This document shows, piece after piece, positions 36,289-50,300 of a stretch of 64,000 nt of DNA. The stretch covers positions 47,533,847 to 47,597,846 of the forward strand of contig CP154954.1 in NCBI GenBank assembly GCA_039621445.1, written 5' to 3'. This DNA is from Euglena gracilis (Eukaryota). A model generated the notes under the pieces. It worked only from the letters and a program-made list of their open reading frames with translations, was not told the origin of the DNA and ran no database searches. Within the stretch, counting starts at the first letter, position 1; each line of letters opens with the position of its first letter. The translations under genes and the position numbers were made by a program.

Positions 36289-38311
36289 CTGAAGGGGTTG
36301 GTGCCCGGGGAGATCAGCCGGTGGCCACGCTGGTCCCCAACCCCAGGCAAAGCACTGGAGTCCCGGGGTTACAGTTTGGAAGTTGAGAGGTCATGAGAAA
36401 CCCCCCTCCCAACCCTCAAAGACGCCATTTTGGACATTTTGGACCTGGGGATGGGTTGCCCGGCTGGGAGCTGCTGGCTGGTGGCTGCCCCCACCCAAAG
36501 TCAGCAAGTGGAGTCCTCACATGATGACAAATCCCCTGGTGGTGGTGCTGTGTCAGCGGGGGTCCTTTGGCTGGATCGATTGGTGGATGAGGGTGGCCTG
36601 TGGCGCAGCGGAGGCAGAGAAGTGGCTGTGTGGAGTCGGTTGGCGTTCGGTCCAGCACAGTCAGAGTTCCATATTGGATGTCTCCCCTGGCCAATTTGCA
36701 CTCAAAGCGCTCTGAAAAGAAGCCAGGCCGCATTTCGGAGCGAGTTTGGTCGAATTGAGGCTGACTTTTGGAGAAATGTCATTGAAAATGTGACCAAAAA
36801 TTTTTTCTGAAATGGGGACCCAACTTCCAACCTTTCCCTAAACGGGGCCAATCCTTGGCGTGCCAATCCTAACCCTAACCTTATTCCTAAGATTCAGTGT
36901 GAATCCTCCCCGAATCCAACAACAATTGCCCAGACCAAGCGCAGTTCCGGCACAAAATGGACCGAAGGATTTGGAACGTCGGGCCTGGGTGACTCCAACC
37001 AGGGAGGGGGGGGAACTGCACACGGGCCGTTCAAAAATTGCACTGCAAAAAACTGCAACAAACTTCAAAAAACTGCACTCCAACAAAAAATCACAACAAA
37101 GAAGCTGAAATGGTGTGAATATCCAAATCAATGTAATTTGCGACCCCATAAGCACCTCCATTCACATTTAGCATTTTTTTTGCACAGTTTTGAAGCTGCC
37201 GATGGCGAAAATGGAAGTAATCAACCAAATCACACTGTACATGTTTTCTTGTCTGAAACATCTTTTTTGGAGAAACCATATATTTTGATTGCAAACTTGC
37301 TCATCTTCAGTAGTTGTTTGATACGCTTACTGCAGACAAAGTATGTGTTCGATGCCGGGTTGCCGACTGGTTTCCGAATTATGCCTCACATCGCCTCGGT
37401 GTAAAATTAGTGCAAATGTTGTCAGCGTTGGTGACACAGATGGCAAATTATACAGCATTGGCAATGCCTTCCAGCTGCTGATGACCTAAAATGTCTTCCA
37501 GCGCACCACACGGCTGTCTAAATGTTGGTGAAACAAATTTCAAGTTTAGAACCTTGTGGCTTCCAAAAGCTTTTCTGATTTTTTTGTCACAAAGAAACTC
37601 TAAATCTCTGTAAAAAAGGCATTGGATGACTTCAGGTTTGAACGTTTTCTTTGTGTAACGAAATTGCCTGAATTAAATCTTGTTCTTTTGTCATCTTCCT
37701 CAAATCCTTCTTCAGTCGCAACCCCCTCAAAGCCAATGCATCCATCTGGGAAAAAACCCATAGCTAAGCAAAACATAACATGGGCAATGGCATTCACACA
37801 CATAACAAACAAGTAATCTGAAAGTGAACCACAAGAACTGCCCTGTATTTGCGTGATTGTTTTCTCATGTGGAACGCAGTGGGCGATAATTAAGAACTCG
37901 AAACTTCTTGACATGCAAACAAGAATGATCTCTTAAATCCCATACGTTTCAATGGGTGATGCATTCAGTCTCATTATGACAAATTTCCCATCCAAAAGTT
38001 TGTCTGTCACAGTGGCATGGAATCCAGTGTCAACTTGCGTTGTGCAAATGCCAAAAGAACTGCAGGGGCACCTCTGAGGCCCGTAGAAACACAAAGAATG
38101 GGAAGAGTGCAACTCTCCCTCAACAGCACGTTGAAAATCCATGATTTCCCCAAAAACGTAAAATATTTCCTCCCACAAGGATTTTCACAGACACACAAAT
38201 GCAAAAAGAAAACAAAACCAATCTTGGAAATCAAAATTGACATATGAGAAATTAAAATGGGGCTATGTTGCCCTCCTGCGTTGCAAATTAAAAAGCCAAC
38301 TGGTGGTTACA

Positions 38312-38675
38312 CCTCCCCCCCTTGTCTAAGCTTGTCTAAGAACTGGAAAAGGTGGGTAAGGATGGTGCTCAATTTGCCAGAATATGGGTAAGAACCATGG
38401 AGATTACACAAGGGGGAAAAGTTTGGCTGAAAGAAAAAATCCGGCCCTTCTCGTAAAAGCGAAAAAATTCACCGTATTTTGAAGGTCCAGTGTTGAACTT
38501 ACAGGCTTTTGGGTGCAAAAAAAAGGATTTTCCAAAATTTCGAAAATTTCGAGACATTTCTCTTAAAAACAGTCACAAACAAAGCCTCCCGGAGGAGATG
38601 ACCATTAAAATAGATGGGTAAGAACTAGGTGGTTGCTTAGACAAGGGTGGTGCTTAGATGGAGGGGGGGGGTAGG
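38312..38675. mobile_element. MITE-like element, CCT(A/C)CCCCCC-type ends
   Basis: cctcccccccttgtctaagc ... gcttagacaaggg...gggggggtagg. TSD not intact. Confidence 0.55.
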
Positions 38676-38791
38676 TTCCACGCATCATCACACACGAAGG
38701 GGAGTGCTATTTTTTGAGGGGAATTAGAAAACCACCACAGTCGGCCGTTCTACCAATGGAAAGTCAACGAAAAGAACACAACACACTGAAC

Positions 38792-38919
38792 AGCGGTAGG
38801 CACTGCGGTGGGGAGCGTTGGCCATTCTGCCTTGTTGCAGCGCCGCTGCTGGACGATGGACAGCACCGCGAAGTACACCTGCCACACGGCATGGTCCCCG
38901 ACGTCGACAGGGCGCATGC
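38792..38919 (-). CDS. Exon of minus-strand gene (MRPVDVGDHAVWQVYFAVLSIVQQRRCNK...)
   Basis: GC3-rich. CAG acceptor in phase 1 matches the donor at 41790. 3' boundary uncertain. Confidence 0.55.
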
Positions 38920-39877
38920 CTGCCGGACAGAAGGGTCGACAGACCTCGGGGCTTCCCCGCAAATTCAGTTTGCTGCCTTCTTGGCCGAGCGGTAGCCAGA
39001 GTTTTGCTTGGTCCCCCGGGGGATCACTTTTCACAGGCCCACCCATGTATGACCCCCAGGGGTGGGTGGGTGGGTCGACCCACCCACCCACCTTGGTGCT
39101 GGCCACTGAACCACCTCCCTGGGGGGCTGGGGGGGGTTATGTGGGTCAGTCTGGCCTGGCCAAATGCCGTGCTGGAATTTTGAACAGTTTTGAACGGTTT
39201 GAACGGACACGCCAACCCAATTGAATGCTGATGACTCCTTGGACAGGTTGGAATTAATCCCCTGGGCTGCCTGGGCAGCCCAGGCAGCCTTTAACCAGGC
39301 TGCTTTTCAAGACCCCTGGAGGGGGGGATCCCCCCACCCAGCCCGGCGCGGGGGAATCGGGCCGTCTGAGGGCACTTCCAAAAAAATTTCGATGCAAAGC
39401 GCCAAAACCCACACTCAGGCCTCTGGCCCCGGACCCCCTCCCCTGTGTGCACTGTGCAAGGGTTTTTTATCTTTTTTAAGACCGGGGGGGGGGTCCCCTC
39501 CCCCCCCCCCCCCCCCCTGGGTTGGGGGGGCCCGGGGGGGTCCCGGGGGCCCCCCAAAAAAATGGCGGGAAAACCGCGAAAAGTGCTAAAAAGAGCACTT
39601 TTTCGGCGCCTTCGGCGCCGAAAAGTATAAGCCACCACCCCTGGGGGGACCCCCCCCCCCGCCTCGGCCCGACATACCCCCCTCCCCCCCCCCCGGGGGT
39701 CAACGACTAAAAAACCCCTGCCACTGTGGCTGATTGTTTGGTGCCTTTTATCCCTATTTCTGGCCTGGTGCTGTTTTTCGCCTCTGGCCCTTTTTTGTCT
39801 GTGTACGTGGAGGTGGTCAGACTGGCGGGACTTACCTTGTTTATGACGCCGGCCACCAAGCGCCCGCCAGGCACATA

Positions 39878-40185
39878 CCTACCCCCCCCCCCGGGAAACT
39901 GTCACCCGACAGGTTGGCCAGTACCAGGGACCCTGCCAACTTCCTATACTGACAGGTTGGCCAGTACCAGGGACCCTGACAGTTTCCCGGGCGGGACCCT
40001 GACAGTTTCCCGGGTAGGGCATTTCAAGGGAAAGTCAATGAAAAATGACCCTGACAGGTTGGCCGGTACCGGGGACCCTGACAACTTCCTATACTGACAG
40101 GTTGGCCGGTACCAGGGACGCTGACAGTTTCCCGGGCGGGACCCTGACAGGTTCTCGGGCATGACAGTTTCCCGGGGGGGGTAGG
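39878..40185. mobile_element. MITE with TA target duplication (Tc1/mariner-like)
   Basis: TA-cctacccccccccccgggaaactgtca ... tgacagtttcccggggggggtagg-TA, with internal tandem units ctgacaggttggcc.gtacc.gggacc. Confidence 0.85.
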
Positions 40186-40715
40186 TACTCCACTTTAGTT
40201 ATGGAGGGTCTCCTTCACCGTGACGAAGCACCCCAGACCCCCCCGGGGGGTCCCAGACCGAGCCCACCCACCCACTCCCCTTCCCCCCGGGGGGGGGGGG
40301 GGGAGGAGGCCTTCTGACCTTAACCCAAAACCCTTAAAATTTTTGGCCAAAATGCCTTAAATTGCCTTAAAATGCCTTAAAGAATTCGGACTGGCAGAAT
40401 CTGACCAAGCAAAAATGAAAGCGCCAAATCTCGACAAAAAAAAACAGGTCAAGTTTGGGGGAAAATTATTTCTGGCATCACTGGAACATTGTCCATCCGA
40501 CCAAAGCTCAAAAAAATGCGGTTATAAACTTTAATTTGATTTTGGCCCACGTGCAAGATCAAAAAAGTTGGTTCGATGATGATAGCCCTTCGACCTGGAG
40601 GTGGAAAAAAAAACGCTTAAACAGCCTTAAAATGCCTTAAAAGGCTTAAAAAAAATGCATTAAAATTCTGAAAAAAAAGGCCTTAAAAATAATTCCTGGC
40701 TGCCCGCTGGGCAGG

Positions 40716-41056
40716 TAAACCCCCCCAAATAATAAACCCCCCCAAATAATAACCCCCCCAAATAATAACCCCCCCCCCCCGAGGACCGACTTCGGCCGCC
40801 CAAATAATAAACCCCCCCATCTGGCAGGTGTGAGGCAAAGAAAAAAAGAGTCAAAAATTAGCAGGAATGTTGCAAAAAATCACAAAAATGGATCAAATTG
40901 GTGCAGAAAATACGCCAAAAAAGCACCCAGTTTTCAAAAAATGCCAAAAATGCCCAAAAAAGTGACCATTGGAGCCTGTGGAGGAGTTTTCGGGACGATT
41001 CTTGACTTCGAAAATTTTGCCCAAATAATAACCCCCCCCCAAATAATAAACCCCCC
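40716..41056. repeat. Repeat with multiple ccccccaaataataa units, probably a MITE end
   Basis: The unit is repeated about 6 times. Related ttatttgggggg arrays occur at ~61575-61760. Confidence 0.6.
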
Positions 41057-41790
41057 TTGACCCCGACGACGAAGAAACAAACCCCGTCCATGACTGAAAA
41101 ATCCAGCCCGGAGCGACAAATTCACATCGCATGGCACAATTATGCGCATCTGCACATGCGGGGGACACACCCATACAATTTTTTCTGAGGGGGGCCCACT
41201 TCCACCTTTCCAAAAACCAGCCACTGATTATTTATCGGGAAACCACTCAGTCACAACCCCTCCCCAAAGTTGAGCAACTCGTTGCTCAAATTTGTATTTT
41301 AGCCGATCTGCCCAAGGGGTGCTTAAGTTTGGCGGTTGCTGAAATCTGGGTTTCACCAGACACATCGAGGGGTTGTTTGAATTCGAACTAAACGGTCAAC
41401 AGAAAAAAATGTCTCTTCTTGTTCAAATGAAAGGAGGAGGAGGGTTTCAGAGCGAAAGTGCATGCGACAACATGATGATGTACCCCCCAAAAGGCGCAGA
41501 TTCGACAAGTTTGACAAATTCCCTTGAACTTATGCTATTTTTGTTATAATATTTTGTTTTAATAAAAGCCTGAGAAAGCACCAGAAAATAGTCGCATATT
41601 GGAAAATACACATTGAGCAAACCGTCCAAAAATATCACTGCATTCGACATCAAATTTGTCGTGCCGGATTGTGTTCAACCCCCACCTGAGAAATCACCAG
41701 ACTGCAATGATCTTTCAAACCTGGTGCGCAGTGGGGCGTTGCATTGGAGTAACACGTCCAGCTGATTCCTCACAACATGCTTATGCATAC

Positions 41791-42056
41791 GTGACTGCCG
41801 GGCCTCCTCTGCCGCCTCGTACTCCACCAGCAGCCGCCGCCACTCCTCCGGGCCCCCCTCCTCCTCCTGCTGCGGCTGTCGCCCCGCCGGCTCCCTCACA
41901 CTGGAGGGTGTGGGGATCTCCTCTGGCTCGGGGCTGGGGGCCGGGGGCGGCACCGCTCGCAGGGTGGGTGGGGGACTTCCCCCCGAGGGGTGGCAGGCGG
42001 GACTCTGCAACCGCCAACCGAAGCCTGGCGTGGCAGCGTGCAGCAGACCCGGGGAT
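41791..42056 (-). CDS. Exon of minus-strand gene (SPGLLHAATPG...EEWRRLLVEYEAAEEARQS)
   Basis: ctccag acceptor (phase 2, matches donor at 43486) and gtatgc donor. Confidence 0.65.
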
Positions 42057-42347
42057 CTGGAGGTTCCATATGTGTGCCCCAAACGTGTGAGGAATGCCGG
42101 GTTTGGGGGTGATGCGAAAGGAGGGAAAACATGACGGGCAGATGGAGAGGATGGGATGTTAAGAAAAGTGTTTCCTTGCACACATGACCCCCCTCAATCG
42201 CTTGCTTATCCAACCAGGAGGGTACTAGAAGCCATTTTGCAGAGGCTTTTTGTGGGAGGACACTATTGCCTTTCCTCTTCTCAATTAACGTAATTTGTCC
42301 TACCGAGGGGGGAATCTGACCGGGAACATTTGCCGATGGGAAAAATT

Positions 42348-42920
42348 CTGCCGGGAAAAATATTGGACGAATCCTTAAAATGCCGGGAAAAATCCTGAAC
42401 GCTCGCTTAAACCAGGTGGGAAAAAATATTAGACAGCTGGGAAAAAAGCGCAAAGGTTTTGCGCTGACCAGCAGTTGAATGAGAAAGCATGGCTGCGCCT
42501 GGTGAATCCAAACAGAAACCACAGTCAGTATTGGCTAGTATTGGCTATTGCACAGTATTGGCACAGTATTGGCTATTGCACCACCACCTCCCTATCCATT
42601 GGTGTACCTTCCGCACGAGCACCATCAAAATACTTCCTTAAAACAGCAGTTTCCGACTGCGTCATCAAACCAGGGCGGCCCACTTTGCCGATACTGTCAC
42701 CCCTTGCCAACTGGTTACCCAAAAAATGGATGGTTGACTTTGGTTGGTGCTTCCTGCCATACTTCAGCTGCACTGCAAGAAAAAGAAATATTCCTGCTGC
42801 AAATTGGCTCGCAGCGCCGAATATTTTTTTGGGGGGTCATTCACTGGAGGAAAATGGACTTTCCTTAAATCTGCCGGGAAAAATCCTGGACGAATCCTTA
42901 AAAAGGCGGGAAAAATCCTG
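42348..42920. repeat. Direct repeat of ~50 bp (42348-42397, 42871-42920)
   Basis: ctgccgggaaaaat..tggacgaatccttaaaa.g.cgggaaaa(a)tcctg in both places. Confidence 0.7.
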
Positions 42921-43486
42921 GACAAAATTTCGTCCAGAATTTTTCCCACAACATTTTTTTCCCCTAAAAACCCCCCCCCCCCCCCCGGGACTTCCTGGTC
43001 TCCTGGGTAATGACAGATGAGTGCACTGAAAACTGGCACGATGCGAAGTTTTCTGCGCTAAACAACCCAAAAATGATGGGAATTGGGGGGAGGATGAGCC
43101 CAGAAAGAGAAAAATAAAGAACCAGGGAGCCTCCAAATGTGCAAGCCTTATGTCACTGTACAACTAGGCAAATAATACAATTGTTTCAGGTGCCGCTTTT
43201 GCCTTAACAACGCAAACGTTGGTAAACTTTTTAATAATAATTCGGGAATTATGTTAAAAGTACAACTTCAAAGTTCCAAGGATTGGGGTACTTATTTAAA
43301 CGCTGTACATTTGTGGAAGGGATGGAGATCACATTTAAATGCAAAATGAAATATGCCGAAGATTTGGGTTGGAATGAAAACCGCAGAAATCCTTGTGCCT
43401 CTTGGCTGGCGGGAAGCAAACAGACCCAGCCACTTGGTTTAAAGCCCAACGATGCAAGATGAATGTGACGCTCCAAAATTGCCCAC

Positions 43487-43593
43487 CCTGCCCTGGCCTT
43501 CCGCTTGCCCTTCTGGTCACCGCTCGGGCGGTGGGCAGTGCGGACGGAATAGTGCGCAGCGCCTTCCTCCAGCTTCACGCTCGGCGGGGCTTC
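43487..43593 (-). CDS. Exon of minus-strand gene (EAPPSVKLEEGAAHYSVRTAHRPSGDQKGKRKARAG)
   Basis: AG acceptor in phase 0 and GT donor in phase 2, consistent with both neighbours. Confidence 0.65.
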
Positions 43594-45156
43594 CTTGGCA
43601 GATTAAAGGAAGGTGGTGGGGGGTTTGCCTGGGTGCTGTGTTGAGGTCCTGGACAGGGCTGTACGGGAAAGCCTGGTGGGGGGGATGGGTTGACCCTCTC
43701 ACAAAGTTCGTTCGGCGCCAAAGGTGTCGAAGGAAAACTTTGACCTAAAGATTGGCGCCCCCGGAAATATGGGGAGGCCAGGTGGGGGGGGGGGCGGTCG
43801 GACCCCCCGCCAGCATGGGGGTGGGGGGGGGGGGGGGGGCGACCCCCCAACACCCATGGGGTTGCAGGGATTCCCATACAGCCATGGTCCCGACGTACAC
43901 CATATTGAAGCCTGTGAACTACCCATCAAAAAAAGGTTTCCACTCATTTTCCTGAATTCCCCCTCCTTCCTGAGTTTTGAGCCCCTCAAAATCTAAATGG
44001 CCCACAACTCCGGAATCCCGAGGAGTTGTGGAACTTGGTGCCTTGAATTGCCCATGAAAACAAGATGTCCAGATCAAAGCTAGCCATTTGGACACCCAGA
44101 AAAAGTTATTTTACGATCTTGCTACCAGCTCAGCCCCATTATGTTTGGGAAGACACAAATTCCATAAAAAATGCAGCTTTTTTGCAGAGTTGGCATCAAT
44201 GCAGCACACAGCCAACGTCACATTGGCGTCAATAAGGCAAAAAAAATCAGGGGACCTCGTAAAGACTTTTGTACCAGTGTGTTGTAAAGACTTATGCACC
44301 AGACCACCGCCGCCATAAGCAGCGGTCCGCTACAGTCTGGCAGGCTGTATTTTGGTCAGGTGCCGACCCCACCCCGAGGGGGGGGGGGGGCGGGGCGAGG
44401 TGGGTGCTTTGGACGCGATCACGCAGGTGGGTGCTTTGGAACCCACCTGCGTGATTCTTTTTGTCATTTTCTTCATGTTTTCTTGCCTTACTAATTGGGT
44501 GGGTGTGCTCTTGTAGTGGACTGGAGGGTTCGGCAGCAGAGGGTGCGTTTTATTTGGACCCTGTGCTTGTTGAGGCCAGACGTTCATTCTCCAATGCCAT
44601 GTGATGTACTTCTTGGGACCTCCCCTATGTTGGGGGGAACAAGTTTTTCCAAGCTTTATTTGTTTACAAAAAAATCCTTTTGTCCTAAAAATTCCTTTTC
44701 CAAAACACAAATTGGCAAAGTTTGCAACCCTTGAAAAAACCGATTGAACCTTTAAAACAAACATTTTTTGGACCGACAAAAGACTGAGAGCCACCAAGAC
44801 CAAAGAAAATGCTTATTGGGGGGGATGTAATGGACATTTACAATCATTCAACGACCACTGGCTTGTTGCAAAAAAGTACAAGGTCTCATGGTCAAACAAC
44901 TCATGCACTTACCATTTTCCAAACCGGATATTTTTCGATTCCAATCCTTGAATTTTGAAAAGCTTGTGCGAGTCTAGATTTTTGATGAGAGTCTCTCAAA
45001 GTGAAAATTGTTCACCTTCAACTCCATATAAAAAGCTTCATGGTTTGTGCTCTCGTTTGTCCACCAAAAAAGCATCTACATTTTCAATACAAATTAAAAT
45101 TGAATGGAAAAAAAGATACAAAATGAAGCCCCTGTGGAGGAAGCAGTCATCATCAC

Positions 45157-45840
45157 CAGAGGCTTCTCTTCGGCTGCACCGACATCAACGTCTGTAACTG
45201 GGAGTCTGCGAATAACAGGGCCGACGTCGGCCCCCAGCAGGTCCGCCCAGTACGGGTGGTTTACCGGCACGCGGTGGCGGAAGAAGAAGCCCCGCAGCAG
45301 CTGCTGCCGCCGCAGCGTCTCCTCCGGGAACGACGATGCCTTGCCGTACGTCATGCTGGCCGGGCTGTGGCGCGACATGCTGCGATATCGGTTGCTCACC
45401 ACTGCAGCGGTACGGTGGGGCAGCAGCGCCGTGACCGTCTTCCAGTCGATCGGTCCACTCTGCGATTCCACAGCACTGAGAATGGTCTGGTCCTCCTCCG
45501 CCGTGAACGCGTCGGGGCCAGGCTGCCACCCACGAGGGCACCCATATGGTATCCGTGCGCAGCCTGGGCGTAGCTGCAGAAGACCCGCCGGAAGATGTCA
45601 CCGACGAGGTGAGTAATACGTTTCTTCTTGCTGCACAGTGTCTGCGCCGTTGGCCACAGCTTGTCCAGGTCGAGCCAGCCCTCCTCCTGAAGGCAGTCGG
45701 CGATGCACCGGACGACGGCCTCGAGGTGGCCCTCCTCCGGGGTGGCGGGGGTGATGTAGGGGACGGGGGCCAAATATCGCAGTGACTGGGGCTGGGCCAG
45801 AGGGTACTCCACCGTTCCTCTTAGGTTCAGCCCATATTCC
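45157..45840 (-). CDS. Large exon with Myb/SANT-like domain, one apparent frameshift near 45540
   Basis: FTAEEDQTILSAVESQSGPIDWKTVTALLPHRTAAVVSNRY fits the Myb pattern [WF]T.EED..I.......W..[IV]A..LP.RT....NR[YW]. The GC3-rich upstream part is in a different frame. Confidence 0.75.
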
Positions 45841-45927
45841 CTGACAGGCCTTTCTGATCTTTGAACTGAATGCCGCCCAAAAACAAACGAGAGACTTAAA
45901 AAAACAACTGTATACCTATGGAAGGCC

Positions 45928-46927
45928 TAACCCCCCCAAAAAATAAGACCCGGGTCTTATTTTTGGGTCCTTTTCTGGAGACCTCCAGTCATATATTTTG
46001 GGGGAGTCTTATTTTTGGATTTTTTCTTGACCGACCCGGGCCCGAAAAAAATGTCATTTTTCAGGTTCCAAAAAGCATCAAATATTTTCCTTTGGCGCTG
46101 CGCCATGTGGTGTGAGTTGACATTTAGCATGTTTTTTTGCACCCCAAAGATCAGAAATTTTTTGAAATTTCATCATTTTTGTAATTTTTCAGGGAAAATC
46201 TTCGGCTCTTCGCGCCGTCAGGGGGGGTAGCCTCCAGCCACCCTTTGGGCAGGGTCCAAATTAAAAAAAAAACTCGTCGATGGTCGATGGAGGGGAGTCC
46301 GGGGCAAGAAAAAGGCTGCTGGCTGGACCCCCCTTCCTGGGGATGGGGTGCTCAAGTGACGCCCTGATTGGAGGACCTTTTTTGATTTTCTTTTGGGGTT
46401 GTCAAACTTAGAAGACCTGCTTTCCACGCAATTTCTCCTCAGCGGCAAAAAAAAAACTCACGTGGTTCTTGGTGGTGTGAAGAAACACAAACTCTGTGGA
46501 AACCCCATTTTTTCGATAGGGTGGATTCACTGAGGTTTTGCGATGGATTTGACCCCCTTTGAACGCAGGCGAGGGGAATCCCCAGCATGTGCACACAGTG
46601 CACATTTTTCGAGGGCGATTTTTCGATTTCCCAGTGAATTTTTAGGACAATTTTATGTGGAGGCCAATTTTGATATTGCAAAGCCATGTCCTGGGAAGTT
46701 GCCACTGAGGACTGTGCCTCATGGGTTGACATGAACATCAAAAGGACGGTCCGTTCCGTCTGGATCTGGGGGGACGTTCATCGGGTATGGGGTGCATTTT
46801 GTGTTTGCATTTTTGCTTCAAAGGTGACAAGCACGACAGTCCGGGGGGTCTTATTTTTGGGGGGTCTTATTTTTGGATTTCTGCTCGATCGGCCCAGGGT
46901 GGGGTCTTATTTTTGAGGGGGTTTACC
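45928..46927. mobile_element. MITE-like element with subterminal gtcttattttt repeats
   Basis: Inverted ends taacccccccaaaaataagaccc and gggtcttattttgagggggttta. TSD not clear. Confidence 0.6.
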
Positions 46928-47203
46928 GCAAGTTCCTACCACGCAATTATTCCCAGACATTCTGAGGGGTCACTTTCCACTTTAAAAAAAAGCCTATCCA
47001 GGTTCTCATATAAAAGCGTCGGTCAGGTTGTGCCATGCACATAAATTGCAGCCATAAATTGGTGGGATCCACCAGTCTGCTGAGGGGATTGGACCATCCA
47101 TTTTATGGTAAAACCGTCAAATTCCTCTTGTGTTCTCATTGGTCATGACAAAACCATCGATTTCTCATTTTCCCCGCAAAATCCTGGGAAGTCTGGGTCA
47201 TGC

Positions 47204-47371
47204 ATAGGATTAGGGTTTGGGTTCGGATTTGGCCCAAAACCAAACTGAGGACTGAACTTGGCCAAAATTTGGGCCTGATTTTGAACTTTGTTAGCCTGAA
47301 ATTAGGCACAACTGCCTAAATTCAGCCCAAAATTAGCGTCACCCTAAACCTATTCCAAACCCTGATCCTAT
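47204..47371. repeat. Foldback with telomere-like inverted ends
   Basis: ataggattagggtttgg pairs with ccaaaccctgatcctat at 16 of 17 positions. Confidence 0.6.
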
Positions 47372-50300
47372 CCCCAACCACCAACCCTGTGTGCTGTGTG
47401 GGCACCATGAATCCTTGGGTCATCTCCGGGTGGCGGGGCGTTGCCAGCCTGGGTGTGGATCTCAGGCCCACTTCGTTACCCAGGCGGGTCTCACTGCCCC
47501 CTCCACAACGAAGTGGGACCCCCCCCAGAGAGTCTCACCAGTTCATGGCTGCCGCTTAGGTGGCCTAACTTGCCTTAATGTTGGAAATGGCTGGGGCATT
47601 GCGCAAATGCACAACCTCCAAAAATTTTCCAATCTCCAATCCCGAGTTGTGATTTCCAGGAAAACCCATGTTGGTGTGCTGGATGCCCTCACAGCCTGGC
47701 ATGAAAGCAACAACTTAGAACTTTTCTGTCTGTGGGCATAGGTCTCCCAAGGTCCATTGTGCATGAACCTGACAGCGCTGGGCAATGAAATGAGTGGACT
47801 CCATTGAAAAGATTCTGTGTTTGCGCAACGGAGAACCTAAATTTTGAATTGCAAAAAATAGAAATATTGTGCATTTGCAAAATGTTTTTTAATTAGGTGT
47901 AACTCTGAATGTGGGTGATCATTGCCCAAAATCATTGCATTTGCGCAATAATAATAAGCACCTTCATACTTAAATTTGTTTTTGTTGTGTATCTGTGCAA
48001 TGGGTGTCAGACCTTTTTCTTTTTATCAACCCTGGGGCTACTCTTGTCTGTGTGGTGCAGACAGTTAAATATGAGCTCTGCATCACCCTCTGGGGGGGGG
48101 GGCTGAAAAACAAGCTCCACAGACAAGTCAGCGTGGGACGGAAGAATGGTTCCACCACCCATGGGGCACCCTCTGGGACAGGGGATGCCTTGTGGTATGG
48201 AGAGCCTGCCCATATGTTGTTCATCTGCACAACGGCCACGCGGATTTAGAATTTAAAAATTCCATGTCCATCGTGTATTTTTGCATTGAAACATTTAAAC
48301 TTTCGTTCTAAATCAACTTGCTTTCTTTTGAAAAAAAAAGTTTGCACCCTCCAAGGGTGGGTGCTGGGTATTTTTTTTTTAAGTTTGGACCCCCCGAGGA
48401 GGTTCAAATTTGGTCAGGTGGAGTGGGTCTCCTGCCGGGGGCGGGGTTTGCTTCTTTTTCGACGCGAAGCGCCAAAATTTTTTGGATCCCAATTTCCCCC
48501 CCCCCCCCCCCAAAACCACCCCCCCAAGGGGTCGGGGGTGGGTGGGTCAGTTCAGGTCTCCCCTGAGTCTTTAAAAAGAAACCCCTGGCAGGCCGGGGGT
48601 GGGGCATTTGCAACCCGGGGGGGGGGGTTGGGTTTTGGAATGGTTGCGCTGTACATGCACACCCGGGCATTGAAGGCACCGAGGGCCCGAAAATGGTCAT
48701 TTGGAAGAGAAAGGTGGCTTGGTTGGCAGGCACTGGGACCCAAAACCGATCCCGGGGGGGGGAATCTCACCTCACAACAAAATATATTATCTATTTTCTC
48801 ATTTTCTGTGCCGATTACACATATGTGCAACAGAAACACATATTTCAAAATGCAAATTAGCTTGGTCATTGGCAATTGCGCAACAATCACCAATTTTGGC
48901 ATCACTGTGGGCAGGAGAACGTTCCTGGAACCATCTCAACTCCAGAGCAGACAAAATTGAAACGCAGAACAGCCTTGCTTGGGACAGGCAAACACCACCC
49001 TGGTGTGTGTCTGGACCCGGGAGGGAGAAAGCTCTGGAGCTTCCACAAACGACCCCGAACGACCCTCGGGGAGGCTCTAGATGCGCCTTGAACGTTGTTT
49101 GAGGAAGCTCTATAACCTTCTCATATGTCGTCAGAGGTCTTTCGAGGAGGCTCTAGAGCCTCCTCCCACGTCCATGCATGCACGTATCACGAGACCCCCG
49201 GGGACATCAAATGGGGAGCGGAGGCAACAAAGCAACAGAAACGGAGGCAACAAAACGTTTTTGGTACACGACCTCCATGTGTCACGTGTCATTTCAAAAA
49301 CCCCTTTCACCCTTTTGCGTGCATGTTATGTTTGACCCTCCTAAAAAATTTTGGCTTGCATGTTGACCTAACACTATCTGTTCAAATAGCAAACGTCAGG
49401 AATACATGATACTGGAGTGGATGCTCTTAAAGGCAACAACCACCCCGCGCACTCCAGTGTTTCCATTCCAATACTTCCAAAAACACCTTGGATGGCCAAA
49501 GTGGCACTTAAGGATATCACCAAAGCATGCACCCCAGGCGGTCTCCGTGGGAATTCCCGGGACCTGGCGGTGTGCTTGAAACCACCAGCCGGAGCGACAT
49601 GCACACACCGCACGCACGCACGCACGCCGCGCCCGCTCACAGTAATAACACCCCCCCCCTTCTCTGCGCAATTGCGTGCGCCCGTTTTGACCCCCAATCG
49701 CACGCATTGAGGGTGAGTTCAGGCGCAAACTGAATGCGACTGACCCCTCCAGTGTGTCGCGTGCCTCGGCACTGGGGGCAACCCAGAACAAGCGGCGACA
49801 CTGAGAGAACCAACAGGGACACAGCACTGAGTTTGGTTGCAAGCGAAGAAAATATAAAGGGAACGGTGGCACACAACAACTAACTACCTGTGGGTAGTGG
49901 CAGAACAAGAATGAATCGACCACCGAAAAACTGTGGAACACACACCAGGTGACAAGAACCGAGCCCTCTCCGCCGCCCCTGTTCGAGGACCCCGAGCCAG
50001 AGGGAACACCACTACAGCACCAAACCACGCGCCTACACCTACGCGATGTACACCACTCCGTGCCGCACTTGCGTGATTAAGAGATGGATGAGGGACCCTG
50101 TGGCCCGGGATGAAAACGCAGAGAAAGAGGTGAGGAAAACACATTGTCGAAGCGCAATAGCCCATATTAAAAAAGAGAAATGAAAAAACACGCGGCTAAC
50201 ATGCAATCTGAGAATGAACAAGCAGTGGCATTATATGCCTACTCACCAAGCCACACACCAGGCTTGCAGAGAGGCCCCTGACACGAAACCGTAAACATCA

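Noticed and set aside
39878-40185. TA-MITE as a second intron-generating element (flanks join to VEYVPGGRLVAGVINK|gtaagt)
   Set aside because: The upstream frame hits a stop and I found no acceptor with compatible phase, so exon status is unsupported.
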